From an uncultured Bacteroidota bacterium (GTDB lineage: Bacteria; Bacteroidota; Bacteroidia; Cytophagales; Cyclobacteriaceae): a stretch of 64,000 bases of DNA. Positions 29,861-41,794 of the stretch are shown here, one piece after another; positions within the stretch are counted from its first letter, which is position 1, and the number at the start of each line of letters is the position of its first letter. The stretch covers positions 7,194 to 71,193 of the forward strand of contig CAWFDB010000001.1 of NCBI GenBank assembly GCA_963814575.1, in the 5' to 3' direction. Made by a program: the position numbers and the translations under genes. The notes beneath the pieces are model-generated. The model was not told where the DNA came from. It ran no database searches and saw only the letters and a list, made by a program, of their open reading frames with translations.

Positions 29861-30754
29861 TTAGTTGGAGATGATTTTTTGATAAATGTTTCTTTTGGGG
29901 TCGATGGAGGTGAGGATGTCATAGACCTCTCTTCGAACGGCCAGACTGCCTTCTGAAAAGATATTCACGAGCTCAGTTGCCTTTGAATCAAAAAATGTAA
30001 TGACGAAGATCGAGTTGGGATATATCGTCCATACTTTCTTTACGTTTTTCAAAACATCAAGAATGATTTCCCTGCTTTGATCTGGAGTCTTATCAAATGC
30101 ATCCAGTGCGAGGCGATGATAGGTATAGGTATTTTTTCGCATCTCAACCATTTGAGGGTTGTTTAGATTTTCAATCAGGGAATAGCGGTTACGGTTGCTG
30201 CTCAGTGCATCCCAACCCACCCGGTTTGATGATTGCGCATTCGTCACAACAATAAGCGCTTTCTGTACGAATGGATTTCCACCCAATTCACTGAATGAGT
30301 CGTAATCCATACCTAAAACAACGTATGCATAAAATGCCAGCAGAGAGGTAAGGTTGCTGATATACGTATTGTCATTGTACTCCAGCGGCAGTGATTCGAT
30401 GTATTCAAATTCCCAGTCGCGGTCTGCAAAGTTTAATAAAACAGTTTCGTAGTTGCTGTTGTAGATCGGTCGGGCAGAGGTAATCTGGGCATTGGCTGCA
30501 AAGTTGCCAATGGATGGCATCTTGGTGATATTGAGAAAAAGTGTGCAGTTGATTTTCTCATGACCACCATATGAATCAGGTGTCCATTTGCGGGTATTCA
30601 AAAAATTGGCAAACGCCCTTTCCATATCCTTGAATATCGCGCGGTCAGTTGTTTGAATCTGATCTGCGTTAACTGAAACCTTAAAATTCAACTCCTGACT
30701 TACTGCAGCAAAAGTAAAAAGAGAAAAGAGCAGTATAAGAAAAGAATTACGCAT
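29861..30754 (-). CDS. porD: DUF4835 / T9SS PorD
   Basis: QELN..V start; RPIYNSNY; synteny coaBC-porD-recN. Confidence 0.8.
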   Translation of the reverse strand: MRNSFLILLFSLFTFAAVSQELNFKVSVNADQIQTTDRAIFKDMERAFANFLNTRKWTPDSYGGHEKINCTLFLNITKMPSIGNFAANAQITSARPIYNSNYETVLLNFADRDWEFEYIESLPLEYNDNTYISNLTSLLAFYAYVVLGMDYDSFSELGGNPFVQKALIVVTNAQSSNRVGWDALSSNRNRYSLIENLNNPQMVEMRKNTYTYHRLALDAFDKTPDQSREIILDVLKNVKKVWTIYPNSIFVITFFDSKATELVNIFSEGSLAVRREVYDILTSIDPKRNIYQKIISN

Positions 30755-31949
30755 GCCAGTGTTTAATTATAGCATTAACGATATCGGTGGCAACTTCTTT
30801 CTTCGATTTCAAATTATATTCTGTGGCCTTGTTATTTTTATCAATGATGGTGATTTTGTTGGTGTCACCACCAAAACCTGCTCCTGCATCATTTAATGAG
30901 TTCATGACAATCAGATCAAAATTTTTGGCCGCTATCTTTTTTTCAGCATTGTTTATTTCATTCTCTGTCTCCAGTGCAAAACCCACCGTAAATTGTTCTT
31001 TCCTCTTCACTTTTCCCAGTTCGGAAGCAATGTCACGCGTTTTAATCAATTCAATATGTAAGGCGGTATCTGATTTTTTAATTTTTTGATCAGCACGAAC
31101 AGCTGGCTTATAATCAGCCACGGCAGCAGCCAGTACGGTAATATCAGTGCTTGAAAAATTATGGATACAAGCCTGATACATTTCTTCGGCAGATGTAACC
31201 GGCAGTACTTTTATTTGCGGATTACCAACAGTAAGGTAGGTGGGACCTGAAACCAGCGTTACTTTCGCGCCTCGAGCGGCCAGTTCTTCAGCAATTGCAT
31301 AACCCATTTTTCCACTGGAGTTATTTCCGATAAACCGCACCGGATCGAGTGCTTCGTGAGTAGGGCCTGCAGTAACCAATGCGTGTTTGCCGGCAAGTAG
31401 TAAGGAGGTGTTAAAATAATTGTTTAACAGAGTTATTATTTCTTCAGGTTCGGCCATTCGCCCTGTGCCTGTTAAGCCACTTGCCAACTCACCGTGACCG
31501 GGATCAATCTGATGATTACCCCAGCTGATCAGTCTTTGAATATTACTTTGCGTAGAAGGATGCCTGAGCATATCCAGATCCATGGCAGGAGCAAAAAATA
31601 CAGGACAACGAGCCGATAAATAGACTGCCATCAACAAGTTGTCACAAATTCCGGAGGCCATTTTTGCCAGTGTATTGGCACTTGCAGGAGCCATTATAAT
31701 AGCATCAGCCCAAAGTCCTGAATCAACATGATTATTCCATGTACCGGTAGAGTCTTTAACAAAATCTGTTAGTACCGGATTTTTCGAAACAGTAGCGAGC
31801 GTAAGGGGAGTAATAAAGTCATGTGCCGAGGGAGTCATTATGACTTTGACCTCTGCACCTTCTTTTACGAGCAGCCGAACCAAAAGAACTGATTTGTAAG
31901 CGGCAATACTACCGCTTACACCCAGCAAAATCTTTTTACCGGCCATCAT
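30747..31949 (-). CDS. coaBC: CoaBC bifunctional enzyme
   Basis: GSIAAYK, PAM, TAGPT.E, SSGKMG. Confidence 0.96.
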   Translation of the reverse strand: MMAGKKILLGVSGSIAAYKSVLLVRLLVKEGAEVKVIMTPSAHDFITPLTLATVSKNPVLTDFVKDSTGTWNNHVDSGLWADAIIMAPASANTLAKMASGICDNLLMAVYLSARCPVFFAPAMDLDMLRHPSTQSNIQRLISWGNHQIDPGHGELASGLTGTGRMAEPEEIITLLNNYFNTSLLLAGKHALVTAGPTHEALDPVRFIGNNSSGKMGYAIAEELAARGAKVTLVSGPTYLTVGNPQIKVLPVTSAEEMYQACIHNFSSTDITVLAAAVADYKPAVRADQKIKKSDTALHIELIKTRDIASELGKVKRKEQFTVGFALETENEINNAEKKIAAKNFDLIVMNSLNDAGAGFGGDTNKITIIDKNNKATEYNLKSKKEVATDIVNAIIKHWHA

Positions 31950-31953
31950 ACTA

Positions 31954-32280
31954 TTACTCCGGCTTTACTTCTGTCTCAGAAGAAGAGCGCAACCGATGCA
32001 TTAGTTTACCTTCAAGGAATTCTTCCGTAGCTGTAGTAGTTGGTTTGGGCATGCGCTCATAATAGCGGGAGATTTCAATCTGCTCACGGTTTTCAAACAC
32101 TTCTTCCAGATTGTCAACGGTAGTGGCAAATTCTGCCAGTTTATTGTTCAATTCCTCTTTAAGATTAGAAGCAATCTGGCGGGCACGCTTGGAGATTACA
32201 ACCACTGATTCATACAGGTTACCAGTGGGGGCTGCGATTTTTTCAATGTCGCGGGTGATAAGAGAAGGTTGTATGGCCAT
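31954..32280 (-). CDS. rpoZ: RNA polymerase omega subunit
   Basis: NLYE....SKRARQI; EQIEISRYYE..PKP. Confidence 0.9.
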   Translation of the reverse strand: MAIQPSLITRDIEKIAAPTGNLYESVVVISKRARQIASNLKEELNNKLAEFATTVDNLEEVFENREQIEISRYYERMPKPTTTATEEFLEGKLMHRLRSSSETEVKPE

Positions 32281-32285
32281 AAAAT

Positions 32286-33100
32286 TTAGATTTTATTATT
32301 TTTTAATTTATTCACCTGGTTCAGACTTTCACTATAAAAACGCTGGGCTTCCTTGAGGAATGGGCTATTGGGAAAATTATCGACCAGTTCCTTATAAAAC
32401 TCCAATGTAGCAGAGTAACGTTCCAGTTGTCTTGCGGGTACGCTCACCTTGGCAAGTTCAAATTCGGCAAATACCTTCAGATATGCTGCTTCTTCAAGAT
32501 ATTTTGAGTCAGGAAAATTCTTTTTAAAATCATCAAAGGCTACAACAGCTCCTTTATACATCTCCAGCTTGACATACTGTTTGGCGTTTTCAAAGCCTTT
32601 TTTTTCAAGCTTTTCCTGACTTACGGCAATCACTTCAATAGCCTTATTCATGAACTGACTTCCAGGATATTTGTTAAGAAATACCTGCATTGCGTTCATT
32701 GCCTCAATGCTGCTGCTCTGGTCTTTGTTATGATCCGGTGATGAGGCAAATAAGGAATAGGCATACATGAAATTTGCTTCCTCAGCAAACTGACTGCGTC
32801 CGTAGGTTTCATAAAAGGTTTTAAACTGATCGGAGGCCAGTAGATAGGTTTTCTCATTATACTGACAGTAAGCCAGATAGAATTCAACTTTTTCACCTTC
32901 TGGTAATCCTCTCACAATCGGAAGTATAGATTCAAACAAGATAGCTGCACGGTAATAATCTTTGATATTATAATAGTTGAGACCCGCCTCATACTTCACA
33001 CGCCAGTCTTCACTTTTTTCAATTTTTCTGAACTTGCTGCAACCAACGGTCAGCAACACCAGCAGTAATCAAGCTGATGATTGAGGATCGACTGGTACCA
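32286..33100 (-). CDS. bamD: BamD lipoprotein (N-terminus frameshifted; start approximate)
   Basis: Lipobox VGC; TPR repeats; synteny with rpoZ. Confidence 0.88.
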
Positions 33101-33217
33101 AAGGTTGTTAAAACGCTCAAAATCAAGGGTTATAATTCGTTTAAGCCTGCAAATATACTACAGGAGGATGAATTAACAATTTGAAAAGTTTAGTGTAAAA
33201 CGAACTGTCTGTGACGA

Positions 33218-33931
33218 TTATTTTCTGACAATCAATTTTCGGGTAAGAACCCCGTTGTTGTTCAGATAAAGTGTGTAAAAATAAATGCCGGAAACAAACT
33301 CATCTGTCTGGATCTTCACCCGGTCTTCAATCGGTGACAAATCGATTTCACTGATGACCCGCCCTAAAATGTTGTGAATCACCAATCGTGCAGTAGCGGA
33401 TTCGTTGTGCATGCGGTAATCCATAAATGCCAGATCCTGCACAGGATTTGGATAAACATCTTCAATGGTTATGTCTTTTGATTGAAAAACGATTTGTTTC
33501 TGTCCTTTTTCCTGAACGGAAACTGAAACCGGATATTCAATTACTTCAGTTGAATTGCCCTTAATAAAAACCTGAAACCTGATCGTACATTGTGTGCTCT
33601 GAATACCACTCTCCAATACATATTCGAGGGCCTGAAGGGTTTCGCCTGGCTCAATCTTTTTCGAGAATTCTTCAATGCCTGGTTCAAGGCAGGTTTTACC
33701 CAGACAGAAATATCCTTTCTGGGAGTTGGTAAGATCTGATTGTACCTTACGGATTATATAAAACTGAGATCTGGAACTGTTGTTTTTTATTTTGATTGGT
33801 ATGTGCAGGGTCTCGCTGATCGTGGATTGAAAATGCTCTTGCCTGTCAATCAATTCAAAGTTCTGCGCTACTCCCCAAAGGGAAAAACTCGACAGAAAAA
33901 TGATCAGAAAGCAGCTTTTCATTATACGCAC
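33218..33931 (-). CDS. T9SS type-A CTD protein
   Basis: YPNP...SGIYFY...TRKLIVRK. Confidence 0.85.
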   Translation of the reverse strand: MRIMKSCFLIIFLSSFSLWGVAQNFELIDRQEHFQSTISETLHIPIKIKNNSSRSQFYIIRKVQSDLTNSQKGYFCLGKTCLEPGIEEFSKKIEPGETLQALEYVLESGIQSTQCTIRFQVFIKGNSTEVIEYPVSVSVQEKGQKQIVFQSKDITIEDVYPNPVQDLAFMDYRMHNESATARLVIHNILGRVISEIDLSPIEDRVKIQTDEFVSGIYFYTLYLNNNGVLTRKLIVRK

Positions 33932-33991
33932 ACTTATTCAAGTGAAAATTTATCATAAAGCAACGGGTTATCCAAATGATTTTAATAAAAA

Positions 33992-35566
33992 TCACAGCTC
34001 CTTGACAATTTTTTCACGTGGACTTTCGTTGACGTGTCTTTTCACGACCTGATCACGGGTAGGGCGCAGCTCTGCCTTCCAGGCAAAACCCTTCAACTTA
34101 CGGTCCGCTTCCTTTATCTCATGAGGCGGAACGAACTGGGCATCGGGCTGTACGTAGGCGTTCACTTTATTGACTTTACCATCCTCAAAAATGATTTTCA
34201 TTTTGCTGCAGATCATTTTATTCATCCCCATTGTGATGGTGAGCTTTGCCTTCATGCTATCGAGGTCCATAATTTTTTCCTCTAATATGTAGTATATACT
34301 TTCTGCATTTCCTTCTACCAGCACATTGTTGACCGTACTTCCCCTGAAGTCCGTGACCATCTTTCTACCTTTAATCTGGTTGAAATTTGACAATGAATCC
34401 TCCGATACCACAAAGGAGTTACCCACCATAAAAAGTTTATCAATCATTTTGCCCTTCAACCTGATGTGAATGGAGTCTGCTGTCATCTGGTTTCCGCTGC
34501 TCCACAATGCCGGGGAGGTATAAAAATGAATGGTGGAATCAACAGCTATATAGACGAGTGAATCAGCTATGCCCTGTAAATCCTTTTTGAATATTTTAAC
34601 CTGATTGTATGCCAGTAACCGTTTCTTTTTCGGGTCTTTGTTTTCGATCGATACCAGTGTGTCTGCGGAAATAAACAAGCGTATCAAGGTCATCATCAAT
34701 TTTTGCCACGATAAGCATTACCATACACTTTTGAGATGCCTGTTTTTTTATCATAGAAACTATTGTCTCCAAAGATTAGCATGTTTTCATCTTTGGATGT
34801 CATCACCACTTTTCCCTTTGCCTTATAGAGTTTCTTATGCATCGTCAATGAAATATTCATCGCCTTTGATTTTGTATTCCACGGATTCAATCTCACCCAA
34901 GATTGAGTGCAGATAATTTTCGTTGGTATTATAGAATCCACTTTTATACACTGCTACACCGCCATCTTTGTCTTTGATGGTGGTTTCGTCTTTGAAGTAG
35001 ATGATTTTTGTTTTTGAGTTGTACTGTAGTGTGTCAGAGGTTAGTGTATAATCCGGATTCATACCCACCACATTGGATTTGAAAGCTGCCAGGTTGGTGC
35101 GCACATCATAATATCCTTTTTTACTGGTGAGCACATTGGTGGTATCAACCAGTTTTCCACCATTGAAATAGCGCGCTTCATTTTTCAGGCGGTCATAATC
35201 CAGGAAGTCGGTGTACAGCGTGGCGATACCGAGTTTTGTGAATACCACCTTTTTGCGCAGATAGGCAATTTTCTCGTTACCATCATAACTTAGGGCCTGT
35301 GAGGTTACATCTACGGAATCACCATCCGTGATATGAACTTTTCCAAAGGCCTCTATTCGGTTATTGGATTTAAAAAAGTGTGCTGAGTCACAATATATGG
35401 TTGTTGTGTTCTGGATAAATACCACATTACCAATCAGACGGTCGAAACGAACGCCATCCTTGATGCTTCCCACCAGATTATCCGCCTGTTTAAGTTTAAC
35501 TCTCCGTTGAGCAAACGAGCCGGTAGATATCAGTAAAATCAAAAATATGGGCAGGTATCGATTCAT
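33992..35566 (-). CDS. OstA/LptA-like beta-jellyroll protein, frameshifted
   Basis: YCDSA, AFG.V, repeated L.ADTL/ADS motifs across three frames. Confidence 0.8.
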
Positions 35567-35591
35567 TTTCGGGTCAAAAATATAGAAAAGT

Positions 35592-35599
35592 TATCTTTG
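35592..35599 (+). promoter_or_regulatory. Bacteroidota -7 promoter element
   Basis: TATCTTTG (TAnnTTTG) before tilS. Confidence 0.5.
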
Positions 35600-35603
35600 G
35601 TCT

Positions 35604-36919
35604 GTGATTGATGAATTAAAGCGCTTTAACGAAGAGAAGAATTTGCTTGACAGGCAGGATCGATTGCTGGTGGCTGTGAGTGGCGGTCTCGATTCCATGG
35701 TGTTGCTTCATCTGCTCAAACAGCTCGATATTGAGCTCGCGGTGGCCCATTGCAATTTTCAGTTGCGGGGTGATGATTCCGATAAGGATGAGGAGTTTGT
35801 GAAATTGCATTGCTATAAAATTCAGATACCTTTTTTTTGTAAACGTTTTGAGACCAACAACTATGCCACGGAGAACAAAATTTCCATTCAGATGGCAGCG
35901 CGCGAACTTCGCTATGCATGGTTTGAAGAATTGATGGAAGGTAACGGATTTACAAAGCTGGCAACAGCACATCATTTCAATGATTCGATTGAGACGATGA
36001 TCCTTAACTGGGTGCGAGGAGCAGGCATTGAAGGGTTGAGGGGCATTCCGGGCAAAACGAGGCAATATTATCCGTCCGTTGTTATTTGTTACCCGAGATG
36101 AAATCAATACCTATGCGGCCGATCATCACATCGCGTGGCGGGAGGATATCAGCAATCAGACCGATGATTATCAGCGCAATTTTATCAGGCATCAGGTTGT
36201 ACCACAGTTGAAAAGAATCAATGTAGCGCTGGAAAATACCATCCGCGACAGCGTGATTAAAGTAGAGGATGAGTGGGCATTTTATGAAAAAAGTGTTGGA
36301 GACTGGAAAGCGAAATTTGTGATTCATGAAGGCGATGTTATCAAAGTCAGTAAAGCGGGATTTCATCATCCCGCACACGGTGCCTCGTTGCTGTGGCATT
36401 GTGCCAGGGTATCCGGCTTTAGTTATGAGCATTGCAGGGAGGCATTTGACATTAGAGACAGGCAATCAGGTAAACAGTTTTTATCGGCTACACACAAACT
36501 GGTCGTAGACCGGGATTATTTTATTATTACCCCGCAGGAAACCCACTGGAGCCAGGTTAGTATACAAATCAATCAGGCCCAGGCATTTCTGGGTCCGTGG
36601 AGGTTGGATATGAGGGAATCTTCCGAACCCAAACCTTCCGATAATCTGAATGAAGCTGTGCTTGACGCTGATCTGCTTGTTTTTCCACTGAAGTGGAGAA
36701 AATGGGTAACCGGTGATTACTTTTTTCCCCTGGGCATGACGCATCGCAAAAAGATCAGTGATTTTTTAATTGATCGCAAGATTTCCTGTAGGTGAGAAGG
36801 ATTCGGTTACCGTGCTTGAATCAGCGGGTGAAATTGTATGGGTGGCGGGGCATCGGATTGATAATCGGTTTAAGCTTACCGCAGACACAAAAAGAGCTCT
36901 CACTTTTTTACTTTCCTGA
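35604..36919 (+). CDS. tilS: tRNA(Ile)-lysidine synthase, two frameshifts
   Basis: VSGGLDS, AARELRY, TAHH..D, RN.IR. Confidence 0.92.
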
Positions 36920-37000
36920 TAAATGCATCAATCGCTTTTCTTTTGACCGGTCTATTGATAAATTCGCATCCGATTTTAATGACTCTAATCCATACTAATT

Positions 37001-37933
37001 ATGAAAATAACTGTTGTAGGTGCCGGTAATGTAGGCGCCACCTGTGCCGATGTGCTGGCATACAAAGAGATTGCCAATGAAATTGTACTGGTTGATATCC
37101 GCGAAGGTTTTGCTGAGGGCAAGGCATTGGATATCTGGCAAAAGGCGCCTATCGATTTGTATGATAGCCGCACCATCGGATCCACCAGTGACTATGCAAA
37201 AACTGCTGGTTCAGAAGTGGTGGTGATTACTTCGGGGTTGCCACGCAAGCCCGGCATGACCCGCGATGATTTGATTACTACCAATGCGGGCATTGTGAAG
37301 TCTGTAACAGAAAATGTGGTGAAGCACTCTCCGAATGCCATCATCATTGTTGTTTCCAATCCATTGGATGTGATGACCTATCAGGCCCATATTACATCAA
37401 AATTGCCTCGCATGAAGGTGATGGGTATGGCTGGTATTCTGGATACTGCCCGCTACCGTGCTTTCCTTGCTGAAGCACTGGACGTTTCTCCAAAAGATAT
37501 TCAGGCCATGTTGCTGGGCGGCCATGGTGATACTATGGTACCACTTCCTCGTTATACTACCGTATCGGGTATCCCGGTAACGGAGTTGATTTCAAAAGAT
37601 AAACTGAATGCCATTATCGAACGCACCAAAGTTGGTGGAGGAGAGCTGGTGAAGCTGATGGGAACTTCTGCCTGGTATGCACCAGGTTCGGCCGCTGCGC
37701 AGATGGTAGAATCCATTGTGAGAGACCAGAAGAGAATTTTACCTGTATGTATGCAACTGGATGGCGAGTATGGCATTAAGGATTGCTACCTCGGTGTGCC
37801 GGTAGTACTTGGCAAGAACGGTATCGAAAAAGTAATTGAACTTGATTTGAACAATGAAGAGAAAGCACTTCTTGAAACGAGCCGCGTGCACGTGAAGGAA
37901 GTGATGGAAGTACTGGATAAGCTGGGAAAGTAG
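37001..37933 (+). CDS. mdh: Malate dehydrogenase
   Basis: GAGNVG, PRKPGMTRDDL, GHGD. Confidence 0.96.
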   Translation: MKITVVGAGNVGATCADVLAYKEIANEIVLVDIREGFAEGKALDIWQKAPIDLYDSRTIGSTSDYAKTAGSEVVVITSGLPRKPGMTRDDLITTNAGIVKSVTENVVKHSPNAIIIVVSNPLDVMTYQAHITSKLPRMKVMGMAGILDTARYRAFLAEALDVSPKDIQAMLLGGHGDTMVPLPRYTTVSGIPVTELISKDKLNAIIERTKVGGGELVKLMGTSAWYAPGSAAAQMVESIVRDQKRILPVCMQLDGEYGIKDCYLGVPVVLGKNGIEKVIELDLNNEEKALLETSRVHVKEVMEVLDKLGK

Positions 37934-37964
37934 GAGAAAGCTTAAAGTAAAAAGCTGAAAGTAG

Positions 37965-37992
37965 AAAGCCGGGTGAAGAGCCTGGCTTTTTT
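37965..37992. terminator. Terminator between convergent genes
   Basis: AAAGCCGGG/CCTGGCTTT plus T-run. Confidence 0.65.
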
Positions 37993-38761
37993 ATTTGCGA
38001 CCGATGTATAGTATTTCGTTTCTCACCAACCCAAATCGCTGGGCTTTATCTTCACTGAGTTCGAAAGCAAATTTGCTTGCTTCTGCTTTTAGTCCGCTGC
38101 GCTCAATCCGATTTGCGTAATCCTTTCCAAACATGCGCACATGATCACTTTGACCAAAGGCTTTTTCACGCTCACGCGGATTGGTTATAGATGAGATCTT
38201 CAAACGTAACGTCAGGAACAGGGGCGAAGAACGGTACTTGCATCACAGCAAACCCTCCGGGCTTGAGCACACGGTGTATTTCACTCATCGCTTTGATATC
38301 ATCTTCTACGTGTTCAAGCACATGATTGCATAACACGACATCAAAATGATTTTCCCCGAAAGGGATTTGATGAATATCCATTTTCACTTTCGCCAGCGGA
38401 GACTCGATATCTGCGGTGATGTATTTTTCACTGTGCTGTTTTTCAAATGGTTTCATGAAGCAAGGCTCTGGAGCGATGTGTAATACATCAAGTTTATCCG
38501 TAAAGAAATTTGATTTTCTCTTTTAAATACACCCAGATCAGGCGGTGTCTTTCCAGGCTCAGGCAATGTGGGCAAAGGGCATTTTGCCTTGGATTGATTC
38601 TGCCGTAGGGCAAAAACTTACGGTAATGATGCCCGCATATCGGACATTCCACCTGGTTGCCGGCATAAAATACACCAAGCGTTTTAAGGCCAAATCCGGT
38701 GAAGAGTTGCAAATATTTGCGGGGCACATAGCGGATCAGAAAGCGAAATGATTTTTTTCAT
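37991..38761 (-). CDS. Class I SAM methyltransferase, frameshifted
   Basis: CPIC..CPHC.SLERHR, CNHVLEHV, RVLKPGG. Confidence 0.85.
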
Positions 38762-38776
38762 CGGCCGCAAAGTTAT

Positions 38777-38913
38777 AAAAAGCAGTAAGCAGAAGGCTTA
38801 AAGCTCAAAGCAAAAAGCAGAAAGCTTAAAGCAAAAAGAGTATTTTCATGCGGTTGGCAGCAATGCTTGTTCCCAGGCACTTTACGCTTTCAACTTTGAG
38901 CTTTCAGCTTTTT
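38777..38913. repeat. Degenerate AAAGCNN heptamer tracts in inverted arrangement
   Basis: About 9 units forward, about 5 reverse; similar tract at 37937-37970. Confidence 0.65.
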
Positions 38914-38995
38914 ATCAATATTCTAAAACTATTTCCCTCAATCCTTCATCTTTATATCGTTAACACGTTGAATTGATTTAAATCAACCATTTTCT

Positions 38996-39625
38996 GTGGC
39001 CGAAATTTTACCAAACGCAGCTATGATGCATTCCGATTCCCTGATCGTGCGGGCCCGCGAGGGGGATAAGAATGCCCAGGGAAAGCTGGTGCAGGTGTGG
39101 TATAAACGGATTTATAATTTCGGCTATAAATTCTTTTTCGACCATGACCTGGCCATGGAGGTAGCGCAAAAGACGTTCATCAGCATGCACCGGAATATTG
39201 ATGGACTTCAGGAGACCTCCCGATTTAAATCCTGGCTGTACACCATTGCGGTTAATTATTGTCGCGAGGAGTTGAGAAAACGTAAAGCTACCCGGTCGGT
39301 GTCTTTACATGATCTGAGACCTGGCGAAAGTGAAGAAAGTTACCGGTGGGAGGCGAGCAGCAGTCGCAGGGAAAATCCTGAAAAACAATTGCGACAAAGT
39401 GAACTGTCAGACTTGCTGCAGCAATGCCTGATGGAACTGAGTGATGAGCAGCGTGAAGTAGTAATCATGAAGGAATATGAAGGGTTGAAGTTTCGTGAGA
39501 TAGCCGAGGCTCTTAATATTTCGGAGAACACGGTGAAGTCGAGAATGTATTATGGGCTGGATGGATTGAAGAGGATTCTGGAGAGCAAGAACATTACAAA
39601 AGAAACCATTGGTTATGAACTATAA
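38996..39625 (+). CDS. ECF sigma factor
   Basis: FKSWLYTIA.N; EIAEALNISENTVKSR. Confidence 0.93.
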   Translation: MAEILPNAAMMHSDSLIVRAREGDKNAQGKLVQVWYKRIYNFGYKFFFDHDLAMEVAQKTFISMHRNIDGLQETSRFKSWLYTIAVNYCREELRKRKATRSVSLHDLRPGESEESYRWEASSSRRENPEKQLRQSELSDLLQQCLMELSDEQREVVIMKEYEGLKFREIAEALNISENTVKSRMYYGLDGLKRILESKNITKETIGYEL

Positions 39626-40469
39626 ACCGGACGAAGGCACTCTGATTTCTTACCTGTATGGTGAGCTGGATGCCGCAGAAGCAGAAAAGGTAACGGAATA
39701 TTTGAACCAGCATCCTGAAGAATGGCAACAGCTTCAGCAATTGACTGATGTGAAAAATACGATGAAGCATATTCAGGATAAGGAAGTGATCGCACCTCCG
39801 TTACCTGTCGATATCGGTGGCAGGCAAGTGCATTTCTGGCGCAGCGGATCTTTCAAAACCATGATGGGTATTGCGGCTTCTTTCATTCTGATTCTGGTGG
39901 CAGCCCGTTTGATCGGACCCGAGATAAAGTATTCCCGTGGAGAGCTAACGATTAGTTTTAATGATTCGAAAAAGACCGAACAGACCAGACAATCAGAGCA
40001 GGCATCACTTACCGCACTGGAAGTTCAGGAAATGATCAATTCATCGCTCAATAGGAATAACCAGGTAATTACAGCGGGGTGGGAGGATAATCAAAAGAAA
40101 ATAGATCAGACCATAAAAACCAGTTTTGCATTAAATACGGATAAGCTGGATGATCTTATGAAAGTGACATCTCAGGCATCGCAAGATCAGGTGCGCACGT
40201 TTGTTGCTGGTTTGCAGGAAGATAATCTGAAATTGATGAAAGACTATATGCAGCTTTCTTCCAGTGAACAGAAGACCTATGTGGAAGCATTGCTCGTTGA
40301 CTTTTCCAAATACATGCAGGAGCAACGCAAGCAGGACTTCCAGCTTTTTCAGACACGCATGAACAGCATTGAACGGAATACGGATCAGTTTAAACAAGAG
40401 ACGGAACAGATTCTGGCAACTATTATTTCCAATCCTGATGCAGCATTCAGGAAGGCAAACAATCATTAA
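39615..40469 (+). CDS. Anti-sigma factor-like membrane protein
   Basis: YLYGEL N-terminus, single TM, overlaps sigma stop. Confidence 0.75.
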   Translation: MNYKPDEGTLISYLYGELDAAEAEKVTEYLNQHPEEWQQLQQLTDVKNTMKHIQDKEVIAPPLPVDIGGRQVHFWRSGSFKTMMGIAASFILILVAARLIGPEIKYSRGELTISFNDSKKTEQTRQSEQASLTALEVQEMINSSLNRNNQVITAGWEDNQKKIDQTIKTSFALNTDKLDDLMKVTSQASQDQVRTFVAGLQEDNLKLMKDYMQLSSSEQKTYVEALLVDFSKYMQEQRKQDFQLFQTRMNSIERNTDQFKQETEQILATIISNPDAAFRKANNH

Positions 40470-40480
40470 AAAAAAATTAT

Positions 40481-41695
40481 ATGAAACTACGAGATAGATT
40501 TTTTGTGCTGGCAGCCTTCATTTTTTCATTCAATGTACAGGCCGTTGCGCAAAGCAAAATGGATGAAGGTCGTATGGTACGCGACATTGAAGTGGCTGAG
40601 AATATATTAAGTACATTAATCAAACAGCAGTTTGAAAAACGTACCTTTTTCCCTATGGAAATACGAGGTGAATATCGCGAAGGATATGGGATAACCTTCA
40701 GGTTGCCGTCTGAAGTAAATGGTCCTATGATCTGGAACTTTGGCGGGCCACAGGCACCTGAAGTTACCGTGCTCGATGGAGATTCCTACAGCTATTCCTT
40801 TAGCTTTCCATCGGGTGAACAGGCTGAGCTGGAACGCGTGATGAGCGATGACAATCGGGTTAAAACGGAAACCGTCCGGGGCACAGGCCGTGCACGTGTG
40901 GCTTCTTCACGTAAAGTAAATGTGGATAGCATCCGGGAAGTTTCAGCTGACAAAATTGTAAATGCCTGTAAAGAATTTCTCGCCAGTTATGGAGACCTGA
41001 TCACGCAGTTACCCGCGAATGAAAAAATCGTGATCACCAACCATGGTGAAGGCGACCGCCTGTGGTATGGTGCTTTTATGAATACTTCGAAGCCAGCCTA
41101 TATGTCACTGGAAGTTACCCGATCGGATATCACTTCCTTCAAGCAAGGCAAATTGAGCAAGGAACAATTTGACAAAAAGATAAAAGTGATCAACAGTGTG
41201 GTGGAGGATGAATTGCAACCTGACCTTGAGTTGTTAACCAGTATTTTCAACCGGTTATATCGTTCAGATTTATCAAAGACCTTCTTTACGGAAGAGAATA
41301 TATACTATGAGCGTATGAAAGATTATGGTGTCATCTATTACATGCAGGTGTATTCAAGCAATCAGGGTGAGTTCAACAGACGTTATGTGATGCCTACCAT
41401 TGGTCTTGAAGATCTGGATCAGGCCACCCGCGACAAAAAAGTAAAGGAACTTTATCCTCAGTTTGAAAAGGACATCAGAGAAGATATTCTTGAATATGGT
41501 CGCACGGTGAAGAGCCTGAAACCTGAAGAGTCGTTAATATTCGATATCCGGTTGACACGATGTGAAGGTTGCGGCATCCCTTCTTCGCTGGAGATTTCTG
41601 TGAAAGCCGATGTGCTGAAAGATTATTCTTCGGGTAAACTGGGAAAGGAAGCTGCACTTAATAAGTTCAGCATCAGGAAAGGCGCGATCCAGTAA
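40481..41695 (+). CDS. Exported hypothetical protein
   Basis: Signal peptide; 404-aa ORF. Confidence 0.75.
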   Translation: MKLRDRFFVLAAFIFSFNVQAVAQSKMDEGRMVRDIEVAENILSTLIKQQFEKRTFFPMEIRGEYREGYGITFRLPSEVNGPMIWNFGGPQAPEVTVLDGDSYSYSFSFPSGEQAELERVMSDDNRVKTETVRGTGRARVASSRKVNVDSIREVSADKIVNACKEFLASYGDLITQLPANEKIVITNHGEGDRLWYGAFMNTSKPAYMSLEVTRSDITSFKQGKLSKEQFDKKIKVINSVVEDELQPDLELLTSIFNRLYRSDLSKTFFTEENIYYERMKDYGVIYYMQVYSSNQGEFNRRYVMPTIGLEDLDQATRDKKVKELYPQFEKDIREDILEYGRTVKSLKPEESLIFDIRLTRCEGCGIPSSLEISVKADVLKDYSSGKLGKEAALNKFSIRKGAIQ

Positions 41696-41701
41696 GATCA
41701 A

Positions 41702-41737
41702 TGAAGGGTGAAAGTGATAGGACTTTCACCCTTTCAT
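41702..41737. terminator. Hairpin terminator
   Basis: AAGGGTGAAAGT/ACTTTCACCCTT. Confidence 0.65.
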
Positions 41738-41794
41738 TATTCATCCGGAGAGTTTGGATTTATTGCTTCATGTAGTTAAGTAATTTCATTTCAG

